From an uncultured Rivularia sp. (GTDB lineage: Bacteria > Cyanobacteriota > Cyanobacteriia > Cyanobacteriales > Nostocaceae), in contig OY762007.1 of NCBI GenBank assembly GCA_963665115.1, forward strand, positions 832,001 to 896,000: a DNA stretch of 64,000 nt, written 5' to 3'. A model generated the notes under the pieces. The model was not told the DNA's origin and did not search any database. It saw only the letters and a program-made list of their open reading frames with translations. Numbering within the stretch: the stretch's first letter is position 1; each line of letters opens with the position of its first letter. The position numbers and the translations under genes were made by a program. Positions 34,001 through 44,327 of the stretch are shown piece by piece.

Positions 34001-34792
34001 TTCAAAGTGTTTAATTAATTGCGGAATATAAGGTTGTTTTGTAATAACGTGTTTTCTATAGAGGAGAATTCCCACGGCTTGAGAGGGGGTAGAGGGGGTA
34101 GAATTTTTTTTATTTGTTCTTTTCTCATACCACTCTAAATATGCTTTTGGCGATTCAAAATAACCGTCATAATCGGGATGAAGCAATCCCATATTCGGAG
34201 TTTCTAAAGGTGCGGGAATATCGCCGACTTTTAAATCTAAATACTTTTCTGCTAACGTCCAAAATAGTGAAGCGACATTTTCCGAACCACCAGCATTCCA
34301 ATAACCGTAAATAACTAACCAGTTGCGTAAATCTTGTACTTTCTGTACTGGTACAAATTTTAATAATTTGGGACCAAGTTTCAAGAAGCTAATATAGCCA
34401 GCAAGTTTATCTTCTTCACGTCCGTTGCTGAACTTATCCAAGATGAATTTTACTGGTTTTGGCATTCCCTTGGGTTTATCGCCAATTGCAAAAGCACCGA
34501 TTTTGTTGCAACTCATCAACTCCAAAGCTGACTCAAACACCAAGCGGATGGGAATATCATTTACTCTTTCCCTCAACCATACAACTTGGTCGTAGTCGAA
34601 TAGCAAGCTACCAAAAAACACATCAGCGTCTTGAAGTGCAGATTCTACTTCAACCCGTTTGCTGCTGATATCGCGATCGCTAAATACCCGAATATCCAAA
34701 TCCGAGCAGCGAGATACGGCCATATCGGCGGCTTTGCGATATAAACCAGCATTGAAAGATTCAAACCCTGCAATCAAGACGATGCGCTTCAT
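31072..34792 (-). CDS. bchH: Magnesium chelatase subunit H (CobN/ChlH/BchH family, shorter paralogue), split by a +1 frameshift around 32398-32460
   Basis: GFPLVGGPAG, HFGMHGTVEWLPG, YAANNPSES, LPTGRNIHALDP and RTKLLNPKW motifs. Confidence 0.9.
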
Positions 34793-35217
34793 GTTGTAAA
34801 ACCACTCCAGTGTTTCATTCTACAACTTTAACGAAGTTAGACACTCAAATGGAAGCTGCTGCGTTGAACACCAAAATTTAAGGTAGCAAAATGATACCGA
34901 TTGTGAAAGCATAATTACTCAAATATTGAGAGATATTAAGTATTAAATAAGTATTAGATTAAAATTCAAAAAAAAACAGATATTTATTAATCAATACACA
35001 TAAAAACATAATTGTAAATACTGATACACAAGATATCAGTTATAGATAAAACCTTAGCACTAAGCTTTCAATTAGAGGAGAATATCAAGCACTAAATTTT
35101 AAGCAAATATTTTTTAAACAAAAATATAAAATGCAGTTGTATATGTGTAATTTAATTATCTTGACATCTACTATATTCAATGTTTTAAAAGTAATGTTTA
35201 ATATTTTCGGTAACTGT

Positions 35218-36159
35218 ATGAGATTTGGAATTGATATTGGACATAATTGCCCACCCGACACCGGAGAAAACGGAATAAAATACGAAGACAATTTAACATT
35301 GGATGTCGGGAATAGAGTAATGGGTAAATTGAAAGATTTAGGACATCAAGTAGTAAATTGTAAGCCAGCAAAATCTAGTAGTGTAGGAAATTCTCTCCGT
35401 CAAAGATGCGCGACAGCAAATGAAAGTAAAGTAGATATTTTTGTTTCCATACATTTTAATACTTTTAACGGCTTTGCTAACGGTACAGAAGTATTTTCTA
35501 TTAGCGACACGGGTAAAAAAATATCCAAGTCAGTATTAGATGAAATTGTTAAAATGGGATTTTTCAATCGCGGTGTAAAAAATGGTTCCCATTTATTTGT
35601 TTTGAAAAATACAAATATGCCTGCAATTTTAGTAGAATGTTGCTTTCTTGATTCTGCAAAAGACATGAAGTTATTTAGTTCAGAATCAATGGCAAATGCT
35701 ATTGTTAAAGGTTTGGCAGGTAAATTACCTTCTACTCCAGTTATCTCCGTTCCCGATGAAACATCAAATCCGGATGTATCTGTAATTAGATTACAAAAAA
35801 CTTTGAATCGTCTCAGAATGACCGATTACACCGGCAAACCTTTAGATGAAGATAATGAAATTGGGCCAGCAACAGCATCCACAATCAAGAGATTTCAAGA
35901 AATAGTTGATATTCAACAAACAGGCATTATTGGTAACACTACATGGAGCGCAATTAATCAAGTTTTAGCAAAACCAGTAATCAGAAAAAATCATGCCGGT
36001 GGTATAGTGATGAAATATTTACAATACCGTGTGGGTGCCGAAATCGACGGTATATATGGCTTATTTACAGAAGCTGCAATTCAACAATTTCAAAGATCAA
36101 ATGGTTTGTATGCTGATGGAATTGTTGGTAATCTAACTTGGCGTAAATTTATTGGGTAA
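35218..36159 (+). CDS. N-acetylmuramoyl-L-alanine amidase (Amidase_3) with C-terminal peptidoglycan-binding domains
   Basis: GIDIGH…E…SIHFN…LVECCF catalytic set; FQ…DGIVG…TW PG_binding_1 motifs; likely start ATG 35218. Confidence 0.92.
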   Translation: MRFGIDIGHNCPPDTGENGIKYEDNLTLDVGNRVMGKLKDLGHQVVNCKPAKSSSVGNSLRQRCATANESKVDIFVSIHFNTFNGFANGTEVFSISDTGKKISKSVLDEIVKMGFFNRGVKNGSHLFVLKNTNMPAILVECCFLDSAKDMKLFSSESMANAIVKGLAGKLPSTPVISVPDETSNPDVSVIRLQKTLNRLRMTDYTGKPLDEDNEIGPATASTIKRFQEIVDIQQTGIIGNTTWSAINQVLAKPVIRKNHAGGIVMKYLQYRVGAEIDGIYGLFTEAAIQQFQRSNGLYADGIVGNLTWRKFIG

Positions 36160-36492
36160 TTTGAAAAAGTTAGGAGTGAGGAGTTAAGAGTATAGATTCA
36201 AATTTATATTATCAATATTAAGTTAACAATATTCATGGCAATCGTGTTGCCTGTTTCCAGTTATCAATTATCAATTACCGATTTAGTTGCCAGCGAGCAA
36301 GATGCTCGCACTACAAAATGAAAAATTTGGGATGCTTCCTCTCTCCTTATTTCTTTCCTCTGCGCTCTTTGCGTCTCTGCGGGTTTTTTTAATCGGTAAT
36401 CAAAAACCAGCTTTGATGTTGGGTTACGGCTCACTTCTACTTTTCATAAACCATAATAATTCGTGTGCCTTTAACCCAACCTACAATAAAGT

Positions 36493-37968
36493 TTAAAATT
36501 CCTCACTCCTAACTTCAAACTCTTCATTTCTAACTCTTAACTGATAATTTTGATAGCTATTCTGCTCGTGTACGTGGTAATTATGTCCTGCTAAAGCCAT
36601 AGCTAAAAATCCCCACAGCACCATACCAGCAACTTCTAACATTCCGCTGTTACCCGCTAAAGTGGATATCATAGCAATACCAATACCCCGCGATGCAGCC
36701 ATAAAAGAATCGAAACGACATTCGGTAAATTGAAATACTTGATAAACCAACAGCAGCATTCCACCTAAATAAAATACTGCTCCAAACCAACCTAATGTAA
36801 AAAAGCAATCGAGAAATCCACTGTCAATTACAATTGGTTCTAAAATACCTTGTTCGTTTAGAGTAAATGTGTTTCCTACTCCATTGCCGAAACCGTTAGT
36901 AAGGGCTTTATTTAAACCGTCCTCGTAAATTTTTTGTCTAACTTGAGCGCTATCGTCTTTTTCTAATTCGCCAAACGTTTCAAAGCGTTGTGTAATCGTT
37001 TCTGAAAATGGCTCAATCGTTGTTAAAGGTACAATACACAGCATCATCAATACAATAACTACAATCAAACGCATTTGAGACTGTGCTTTTAACGAACCAA
37101 ATAAAGTGACTAATCCTACTAACCAGGCACCCCACAAAGTACGTACAGATGTCAGCAAAAATGATAAATAACCCACAGCAGTAGCGGGTATGTTCAAATA
37201 ATGTGCATGAGTTAACAGTAATAATAAACCAGCCATCATTACACCTGAAAAAGGAGCGGGAGAAGCCATTGTACTCCATACACGCAATTCCAGAGGCTCC
37301 GGGTTTCCCATACTTTTAAGTTCAGTTTCTACAAGCCAAAATACATCCCATTCAGGTGCCACTATAAACTGCCAAACACCGTAAGCTCCCATTACTAAAG
37401 CACCCCAAATAAAAGTGCGCTGAAGCACTTGCCGATACTGAGGATATTCCCGCCATTTGATGAATAAGAAGAAAGCAAAAACAACGGGAGTCAACCAGGC
37501 AAAAATTCCCCGAGCTACAATCATAGGGGAAGTCTTGATTAGTCCGATCAGCGCACCATAGAAAACGCCCAAAAACGCCATTACAAAAGGTAAACCACCT
37601 TGCCGTAACGACTTAGGAAAATATATTAAAGCAGTATGTAAAGTTAATAAAGTTACTAAGTATTGTGATACAAGCATAAAGCGGCTGGGGTCAAAACCGC
37701 TTTTCCAGTCAACTATACGAGTTACAAATGGCGTAATGAACCACAGCCACCATGTAAAACCGATATAGAGGATGGGATATCGCAGATACAGAAACAGTCC
37801 CACCGCAAAAGAAACGGCAATATATCCATTTCGCAGGATAGCTGTAGCACCCGAAAAGATACATACCGCTGTAAACAATACAAATGCCAGAATCGCCGTC
37901 CAACCCAAAGGAGGCTCTAAACCAAAGGAAAATCTTTTTTTAGGAGTTGTGTTTAAAGTATGGTTCAC
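36493..37968 (-). CDS. O-antigen ligase/polymerase-like membrane protein (end of HEP island)
   Basis: Many TM helices; RVWSTM, SAQVR…, GNGVG and DSG motifs. Confidence 0.8.
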   Translation of the reverse strand: MNHTLNTTPKKRFSFGLEPPLGWTAILAFVLFTAVCIFSGATAILRNGYIAVSFAVGLFLYLRYPILYIGFTWWLWFITPFVTRIVDWKSGFDPSRFMLVSQYLVTLLTLHTALIYFPKSLRQGGLPFVMAFLGVFYGALIGLIKTSPMIVARGIFAWLTPVVFAFFLFIKWREYPQYRQVLQRTFIWGALVMGAYGVWQFIVAPEWDVFWLVETELKSMGNPEPLELRVWSTMASPAPFSGVMMAGLLLLLTHAHYLNIPATAVGYLSFLLTSVRTLWGAWLVGLVTLFGSLKAQSQMRLIVVIVLMMLCIVPLTTIEPFSETITQRFETFGELEKDDSAQVRQKIYEDGLNKALTNGFGNGVGNTFTLNEQGILEPIVIDSGFLDCFFTLGWFGAVFYLGGMLLLVYQVFQFTECRFDSFMAASRGIGIAMISTLAGNSGMLEVAGMVLWGFLAMALAGHNYHVHEQNSYQNYQLRVRNEEFEVRSEEF

Positions 37969-37976
37969 TGCTTCAA

Positions 37977-38033
37977 GTTAGAAATTAGGAGTTAGGAGTT
38001 AGGAGTTAGGAATTAGGAGTTAGGAGTAGGGAG
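37977..38033. repeat. STRR-type heptamer repeats
   Basis: About 8 units of ttaggag; similar tracts at 24481-24567 and 25791-25850. Confidence 0.85.
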
Positions 38034-38999
38034 TTAGTAATCAAATTTCTCCAATCCCCTATGCCCTATGCCCAATTCCCCATTGGTAACTGTTTGCAAC
38101 CCTTGCCAACGGCCGCGCCAGGATGCTAGTAATTTTTTGCCTGCTAATAAACCTTCGGAGGGAAGAAAGCGCAACCACTGTATGAAACCCATTGCTTCGC
38201 GGCTTCCTATTGTTACAGCCCAGAATAAAAATGCTATTTTTTGCAATGGTGAAAAGTATTCTAATAAAGCTACGGTTTCGTTGTGTACGGCGTTTGCAAA
38301 GGCAATTTGATTGAAACTGTTGCGCCGATCTTCGTCGAATCGCTTGGCTGGATAATGATTAACTGCTACTTGAGGATCGTAAATTAACTTCCAACCGGCT
38401 CGTTTTAATTTTAAAGAAAAAGCTAATTCAAAGTGAACCTGAGCGCCAGTGCCTTTCATCCGTTCGTCAAAGTGCCAGCCTTGAATGGCAGCGCGTCGAA
38501 AGCTCATGTTTACTCCTTTGAGTACGTCAACTTCCCGCGCTTCGCCAGTACCTATATGGTGATTGCCGATTACTCTACCAAACCAGCGCACTTGGCCAAC
38601 TATTCCCGAATTCCCATCTTCTAAATCGGTGCCGTGATAAACCCAATCGCGCCCCCCAACTCCACCGACGCGCTCGTCTGCGAGATAATGGCTTTCAATT
38701 CGCGCCAACCAATCGGGATGGGGAGCCGCATCATCATCTGTAAAAGCAACAATATCGGCCGAAGCTGCATCGAGGCCAACATTCATGGCTGCAACTACTC
38801 CGGTGATAGTTACTGTTGCAGTGCGTAATGCTAACTTCTTGCAATCAAAGGCTGCGAGAAATGACCAAGTTTCGGTATCCGTATCGCGGACTACCACTAT
38901 CACCTCATCAGCCAGTCGAGTTTGATTTTTCAATGCTTCCAGGCAGCGAGCTAGGTCTTGGCTGCGTCGGTAAGTTGGTATGATGAGTGCGATCGCCAT
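38034..38999 (-). CDS. Family 2 glycosyltransferase (HEP island)
   Basis: IIPTYRR, FTDDD and GVNMSFRR motifs. Confidence 0.92.
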   Translation of the reverse strand: MAIALIIPTYRRSQDLARCLEALKNQTRLADEVIVVVRDTDTETWSFLAAFDCKKLALRTATVTITGVVAAMNVGLDAASADIVAFTDDDAAPHPDWLARIESHYLADERVGGVGGRDWVYHGTDLEDGNSGIVGQVRWFGRVIGNHHIGTGEAREVDVLKGVNMSFRRAAIQGWHFDERMKGTGAQVHFELAFSLKLKRAGWKLIYDPQVAVNHYPAKRFDEDRRNSFNQIAFANAVHNETVALLEYFSPLQKIAFLFWAVTIGSREAMGFIQWLRFLPSEGLLAGKKLLASWRGRWQGLQTVTNGELGIGHRGLEKFDY

Positions 39000-40147
39000 T
39001 ATTTATTAATCTCCTCAAATAAATCTACATATTGTTGGGCCATGCTTTTCCAGGTATTTTGCAGAGCAATTTCTCTCGCAGTTCGACCCATGTTACTTCT
39101 TAAATCGGGATTTACGCTTAATTTTTGCATTGCTTCTGCTAAGGCTTTACTATCATCTGGATTTGGTAAAACTATCCCAGCTTCTGGAGTAATTAAAGGA
39201 GCAGCACCCGTACAGCTTGCGGTAATTACTGGTAGCCCTGTCGCCATTGCTTCTGTAATTACTAAGCCAAAAGGTTCGTAGCGTGAAGGAAATACAAAGA
39301 AATCTACAGCTTTCATTAAAGAAGGCACATCGCGGCGAAATCCCAGGAAATGCACTCGGTCGTTAAGTCCCAGAGATTTCGCTAATTGCAGATAAGGGCT
39401 ACCATCGGTTACACCTACCACCGCTAAGTGTAAATCGGGAACTTCCACCAAAGCTTTTAGTACAGTGTCCAAATTTTTCCGAGGTAGTCTAATGTCCCCA
39501 ACAAACATTGCTAAAGGAACCCCATCGGGTAAATTCCATGTTTGACGACTACCACCGTTACCGGGTGAAAATTCCTCGATATCTACCCCATTACTAATGA
39601 CTCGAATTGCGTCTTGAGGTACCCCGATTTCTCGTAAATCTTCAGCAACTTTATCGGAAACTGCAACTACTATTTTTGTATTGTCAAATGCTTGTTTTTC
39701 CCAACGTGCGTTGAGTTTCGTATACAACCACTGATATGAATTATATAAAAATAGATATGGATTAAAGATAGTTTTATTGTTGGTTGCTGTAGCTTCTAAT
39801 TGAGAAAACTTCAACCAAGAATTATGAACGAAATGTACTGCATTCACATCTGAGTCAGCCCAGGTAATAGCACCATTTGCTTTAATTAAATCGAACTGCT
39901 GGCGATGTTTTCTCAACCAATTAGTGCTTTTATAAGCAAACACCATATTCCGCATTAATTCTGTCGGAACTTTTGCGGAAATAGTAACCCAATTAATAGA
40001 TAGATGTTTTTCTAATTCCGGAGCTATCTTACTTGCTAATACCGTTACATGGTGCCCGCGACGAATTGCTTCGCAGGCAACTTCATAATTTACCCTTCCT
40101 TGACCATCACCTTTAATTAAACTGTGAGTAACAATGCAAAGCTTCAC
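38999..40147 (-). CDS. Family 4 glycosyltransferase (HEP island)
   Basis: NGVD, KNL and PSRYEPFGLVITEAMATG motifs. Confidence 0.93.
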   Translation of the reverse strand: MKLCIVTHSLIKGDGQGRVNYEVACEAIRRGHHVTVLASKIAPELEKHLSINWVTISAKVPTELMRNMVFAYKSTNWLRKHRQQFDLIKANGAITWADSDVNAVHFVHNSWLKFSQLEATATNNKTIFNPYLFLYNSYQWLYTKLNARWEKQAFDNTKIVVAVSDKVAEDLREIGVPQDAIRVISNGVDIEEFSPGNGGSRQTWNLPDGVPLAMFVGDIRLPRKNLDTVLKALVEVPDLHLAVVGVTDGSPYLQLAKSLGLNDRVHFLGFRRDVPSLMKAVDFFVFPSRYEPFGLVITEAMATGLPVITASCTGAAPLITPEAGIVLPNPDDSKALAEAMQKLSVNPDLRSNMGRTAREIALQNTWKSMAQQYVDLFEEINK

Positions 40148-40358
40148 GATATTATCAGCCTGTTACAAGATTAATACGATCGGTTCTTCAGTACTAAGGT
40201 ACGCTAAATCGTTGGCGTAAAAGCTGAAACATATTCTATACAATGATTATAGGTTTAAACAAAACATGATTGATTAATCCTATTCCCTGTTCCCTCTTCT
40301 ACAACAATTTAATTAGCATCCCCTTGTACAAAATAACCATATAATTTATATTCATTCA

Positions 40359-41270
40359 TCAAGAAACAATTACTGAAGAAACTGCTTCCGATTGAGGAAT
40401 TTCTTTCTGTTGCCATAACAAATGAATGCGAGAACGACGAATAATTTCCGGCCAAGCTTGAATTGATCCTCGCTTTAATAAATATCCGCTCATATGAACA
40501 AAATATATAGTTAAAAAAGCCAGCAGCTTAATCGGATTGGGAAACAAATTTTTATAGCGTTTAATACCGATATAAAGTCTAGCTGCTTCTATATGTAATT
40601 CATAATTACTTACGCCGCCAATACCAGGTGCATTTAGTATGCTATCGGTGCTTCTTTCATTTACTTGTAACTCGGGACAAGATACGATTTTGTAGCCGTA
40701 TTTAATTGCTCGCAAGCAAAGTTCTGCATCTTCATAACCGAAAAAGATGTCTTCATCCCATTGTTCTTGAGAGAAAAACTGTCTGGGGAATAATGCTGCA
40801 TGAATTACTACTGTTTCGGGAGTACTTTCGGTAGCGCAAAAGTATCCTCGAAAAGATAGTTTCGATGGTAGCAGTTTCTCTCCTTGAGTACTCGTGCTAG
40901 AACCAGTAAGAATAGTATATTTCCTTTGCTCGTTTGGTATCTGAGAATATTTATTTACAGCATTAGCAATAAAATCGGGTTCAACACAAATATCATCATC
41001 AACAAAAGCCACAAAATCTGTTTCTAATGCCGAAGTTGCATTTACTGCGTTATTGCGATTAGCGCAAACACCGCGTCTGGGGCCTAAAATATAAGTTGTT
41101 CCTGGATATTTTTTAACAACTTCTTGATTGCTTCGCTGTACTTCAACATCTTGCGAATCATCAGAAACAATCACCAAATGGGGTTTAACTGTAGAATTCC
41201 ACAAAGCTTTTAAACAATTATCAAGTTGCTGGAAACGATTTCTGGTTGTGATACAAGCTGCGATACGCAT
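40359..41270 (-). CDS. Family 2 glycosyltransferase (HEP island)
   Basis: ITTRNR, VSDD, FVDDD and GYEDAE motifs; likely start ATG 41270. Confidence 0.9.
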   Translation of the reverse strand: MRIAACITTRNRFQQLDNCLKALWNSTVKPHLVIVSDDSQDVEVQRSNQEVVKKYPGTTYILGPRRGVCANRNNAVNATSALETDFVAFVDDDICVEPDFIANAVNKYSQIPNEQRKYTILTGSSTSTQGEKLLPSKLSFRGYFCATESTPETVVIHAALFPRQFFSQEQWDEDIFFGYEDAELCLRAIKYGYKIVSCPELQVNERSTDSILNAPGIGGVSNYELHIEAARLYIGIKRYKNLFPNPIKLLAFLTIYFVHMSGYLLKRGSIQAWPEIIRRSRIHLLWQQKEIPQSEAVSSVIVS

Positions 41271-41382
41271 ATGAAAATACCTTCCTTGATTTTGAAATAA
41301 TTGAAACGTATTGTTCCCTTCGTTGAGTGGGGAGTAGAAAATAGAGTGCAGGATTTGCTCTTCTACCTTCCTCACTGGAGTG

Positions 41383-42357
41383 CTAGAATTTAGCTGCAAT
41401 TTTAGGTGGAGTAAAACTTAGAATTAGTGCGGCTATTGTCCGCAAACTAAAGTGTTTTTTCAACGAATGGCAAAAGCGAATACGTGCTTCTGTGGAATTT
41501 TCACTCCGCATCAAGCCGATTCCCAAATTTGTATTAATTTGTCCCCATTTATGATGAAAATGAGGAAAAAGTTCTTTTAATTGCTCATCTTTCATAAACT
41601 GCTCGTAGCAGAAAAGATCGGCTTTGGCTTTGCGAATTTTACCTTGGAAATTACGTCTTCCACTTTGCATGGTTTCTGTTTGTTCGTGTTCGCGATATCT
41701 GGTTAATTTATCGGGGAAATAATAAGCTCCTAAACCGGAACGACAACACAGATAATTTAGATAAATATCCCACGAACCACCTACTTCTTGGGGTATATTA
41801 TCCCAATCAACAATCTCTCGGCGAATTACAGCTGCCGTAGCGCTGGAAATGGCTCTATCTATTAAACCCAATTTATGAAAAGGTTGGTAGATTCCTTCTT
41901 TTAAATTTTCCCGTTTATAAAAACGCGAACATCTTTTTGTTGCAGCAGCATCAATTGTGCCGTCTGTTTTAATAACATGATGGTCGCAGAAAGCTAAAGC
42001 TAAATTAGAATTGGCTTCTAAAGCAGGTACGAGCTTAGCTAAAAAGTCTTTTTCCCATACATCATCGTCTAATAAACAAGCAACATATTTACCTTGTGCC
42101 TTTTTAAAAGCATTCATAGTGTTGGCAAACATTCCCAGATTGCTCTGGTTGCGAAAAAAGCGGATTCTACAATCTTGAAAAGACTCAATTATTGACTGAG
42201 GATTTTGAGGACTGCAATTATCGGAAACAATAATCTCAATATTCTGATATGTTTGTTGAACGGCACTTGTCAGTGCTGCTTTCAAATATTCCGGACGATT
42301 ATAAGTAGGAGTTATAATACTGACTAAAGGTTGATTCTTTTGATTATTATTTGTCAT
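41383..42357 (-). CDS. Family 2 glycosyltransferase (HEP island)
   Basis: VSIITPTYNR, SDNCS and LLDDD motifs. Confidence 0.93.
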   Translation of the reverse strand: MTNNNQKNQPLVSIITPTYNRPEYLKAALTSAVQQTYQNIEIIVSDNCSPQNPQSIIESFQDCRIRFFRNQSNLGMFANTMNAFKKAQGKYVACLLDDDVWEKDFLAKLVPALEANSNLALAFCDHHVIKTDGTIDAAATKRCSRFYKRENLKEGIYQPFHKLGLIDRAISSATAAVIRREIVDWDNIPQEVGGSWDIYLNYLCCRSGLGAYYFPDKLTRYREHEQTETMQSGRRNFQGKIRKAKADLFCYEQFMKDEQLKELFPHFHHKWGQINTNLGIGLMRSENSTEARIRFCHSLKKHFSLRTIAALILSFTPPKIAAKF

Positions 42358-42367
42358 ATATTTAAAT

Positions 42368-43399
42368 TTATAGTCTTTTTCTCGTTTCGCCGGATTTTAC
42401 CATTTTCTGAATAACACTAATGGTTCTATTCCACAACATTATACGACTTGCCGACCTGAGAACTTTAGGAGATTTACTATAGCTTAATGCTGTTTTTATT
42501 TGCAGTAAACCCTCAGTTATATCGCCTTTTTTTATTAAAGAATCTGCTGACTCTAAAGCGAGAAAAGCACAATTTTGTTTTACAGTTCGAGCCAGCTTAG
42601 TATTTGTTTCTTCAGGTAAATAAGATTTAAAGATAGTTTCTACAGTATTGTAATTTTCCTGAATAAAAATTTCGCTTTTGGCATTAACATTGTTTGCTGA
42701 TTCTAAATGTACGCGCCACAGAGCTAAAGGTTCTGCTTCAAACCACATTGGATAATTAGCAAAAATTCTGGCCCACATCTCCCAATCTGCACTGATACCG
42801 CAGCGCCGATCGAATCCTCCAAGGTTTTCATAAACCTCGCGTCGCACTACTGCAAGGGAAGGTACGGAAATACAGCAAATTTCAGCAATTCTGTGCAGCC
42901 AACTTTCAGGCAAAATACCGCTGTTAGGCATCTCAAAATTGGACAAACCTTGCCATTGATTATGCTTATCAATCAATACACTGCGACAAAAAGCAGCACC
43001 TACTTCTGGATGCTCCTCGAAAGGCCGCGCCATCTTTTCATAAAACCCCTCCCTAACGCAATCGTCACTACACAGCAGATGAATCAACTTTCCACGAGAC
43101 AATTCAAAACAGGTTTGAAAATTATTCATAATACCTACATTGCTCGGCTGACGGTAAAATTCTACACGTCCTCCGCTTAATTCCTCTACAACTGCTGCTG
43201 GATCATCTTCTGTAGAGTTATTATCAACAACCACAATTTGCATCTTGTCTATGCCCGGATCTTGTGCCAAAACGGTCGCTAATGTATACCGTAGGTATTC
43301 CGCACAATTGTACGTAGGAATCATCACAGACCAAAGCGGACGCTTTACCTCTTCAGAAACCGGCAAAATGCTTGGGCGATAAGGATTTAAGTGATTCAT
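42368..43399 (-). CDS. Family 2 glycosyltransferase (HEP island)
   Basis: SVMIPTYN, VDNNSTED, SDD and GGFD…ADWEMW motifs. Confidence 0.93.
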   Translation of the reverse strand: MNHLNPYRPSILPVSEEVKRPLWSVMIPTYNCAEYLRYTLATVLAQDPGIDKMQIVVVDNNSTEDDPAAVVEELSGGRVEFYRQPSNVGIMNNFQTCFELSRGKLIHLLCSDDCVREGFYEKMARPFEEHPEVGAAFCRSVLIDKHNQWQGLSNFEMPNSGILPESWLHRIAEICCISVPSLAVVRREVYENLGGFDRRCGISADWEMWARIFANYPMWFEAEPLALWRVHLESANNVNAKSEIFIQENYNTVETIFKSYLPEETNTKLARTVKQNCAFLALESADSLIKKGDITEGLLQIKTALSYSKSPKVLRSASRIMLWNRTISVIQKMVKSGETRKRL

Positions 43400-44327
43400 A
43401 GCTTATTCTTCAAGATTTTTTTCTTGTATGAAGCGAGTACGATAATTAAAAGAGTAAATTTTATGTTTCGCTTGTTAGAACCATAATTAATTTGCCCTAA
43501 TAGGATGTTATGTACTGCAATACAGATTTAGAAGCACAAACAAATATGTTTGTTGATTAAACTAAATAAAGCTCCATACATTGAGTTGTTATTAATACGC
43601 TCTTACCTAAGTACAACAAGTTATTTGTAGATAATTGCTGTGTGTATCTTTTCAATAGGTTATATCAAAATATATGTATGTTAGGCGAGAGCTTTTAGAT
43701 GATTTTTTGGAATTAAAATCTTATAGATAATCTTCTTTATGAAAGCTTTAAATAAGGATTCGGTAACTACTAATATCTGCTTGGAAAACAGCGCTCGAAG
43801 GATTATACTCAGAAGAATCTAATTGCAACATATCTTTTAATCGTTTTATACAGATGATGCAATGGATGATATAACCTAGAAACAATATATAGATAACTAC
43901 AAGTTAATTTTTTTAAGAACGCAGTGACTATCAAATTAAATATTGCGTTTAGTAAATGAGATATGACAGTACAGCGATCAAAACTACATTATATTTGCTT
44001 GACCGATCCAGTGACAATACACTTTTGTGCAATAAAAATTTTACTTGGGTGTCTCTAAATTTTCTGTCAAAAATGATTTTATTATTTATTAAGAATTTTA
44101 TACAAAATTATTATTTTTTCAAATAAAAAGTAGAGACGCGATACTATTCACGTCTCTACAAGAGTTTGGGATACCCCACAAATAAATTTCAAACACAAAT
44201 AAATTTAATACATCAAATAAGCAACGCCAAAAAGCAAGGCTTATCGCTGACAAGCCTAAACAAACATCTTTCAGTAAAGGATTTAAAAAATATTACTTTT
44301 ATAGATTCAAAAAGCGAGCTTAACTTT

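Noticed and set aside
43400..44130. 730-bp AT-rich gap after hepA as a hidden gene or pseudogene
   Set aside because: Only short ORFs without recognisable motifs; no support without a homology search.
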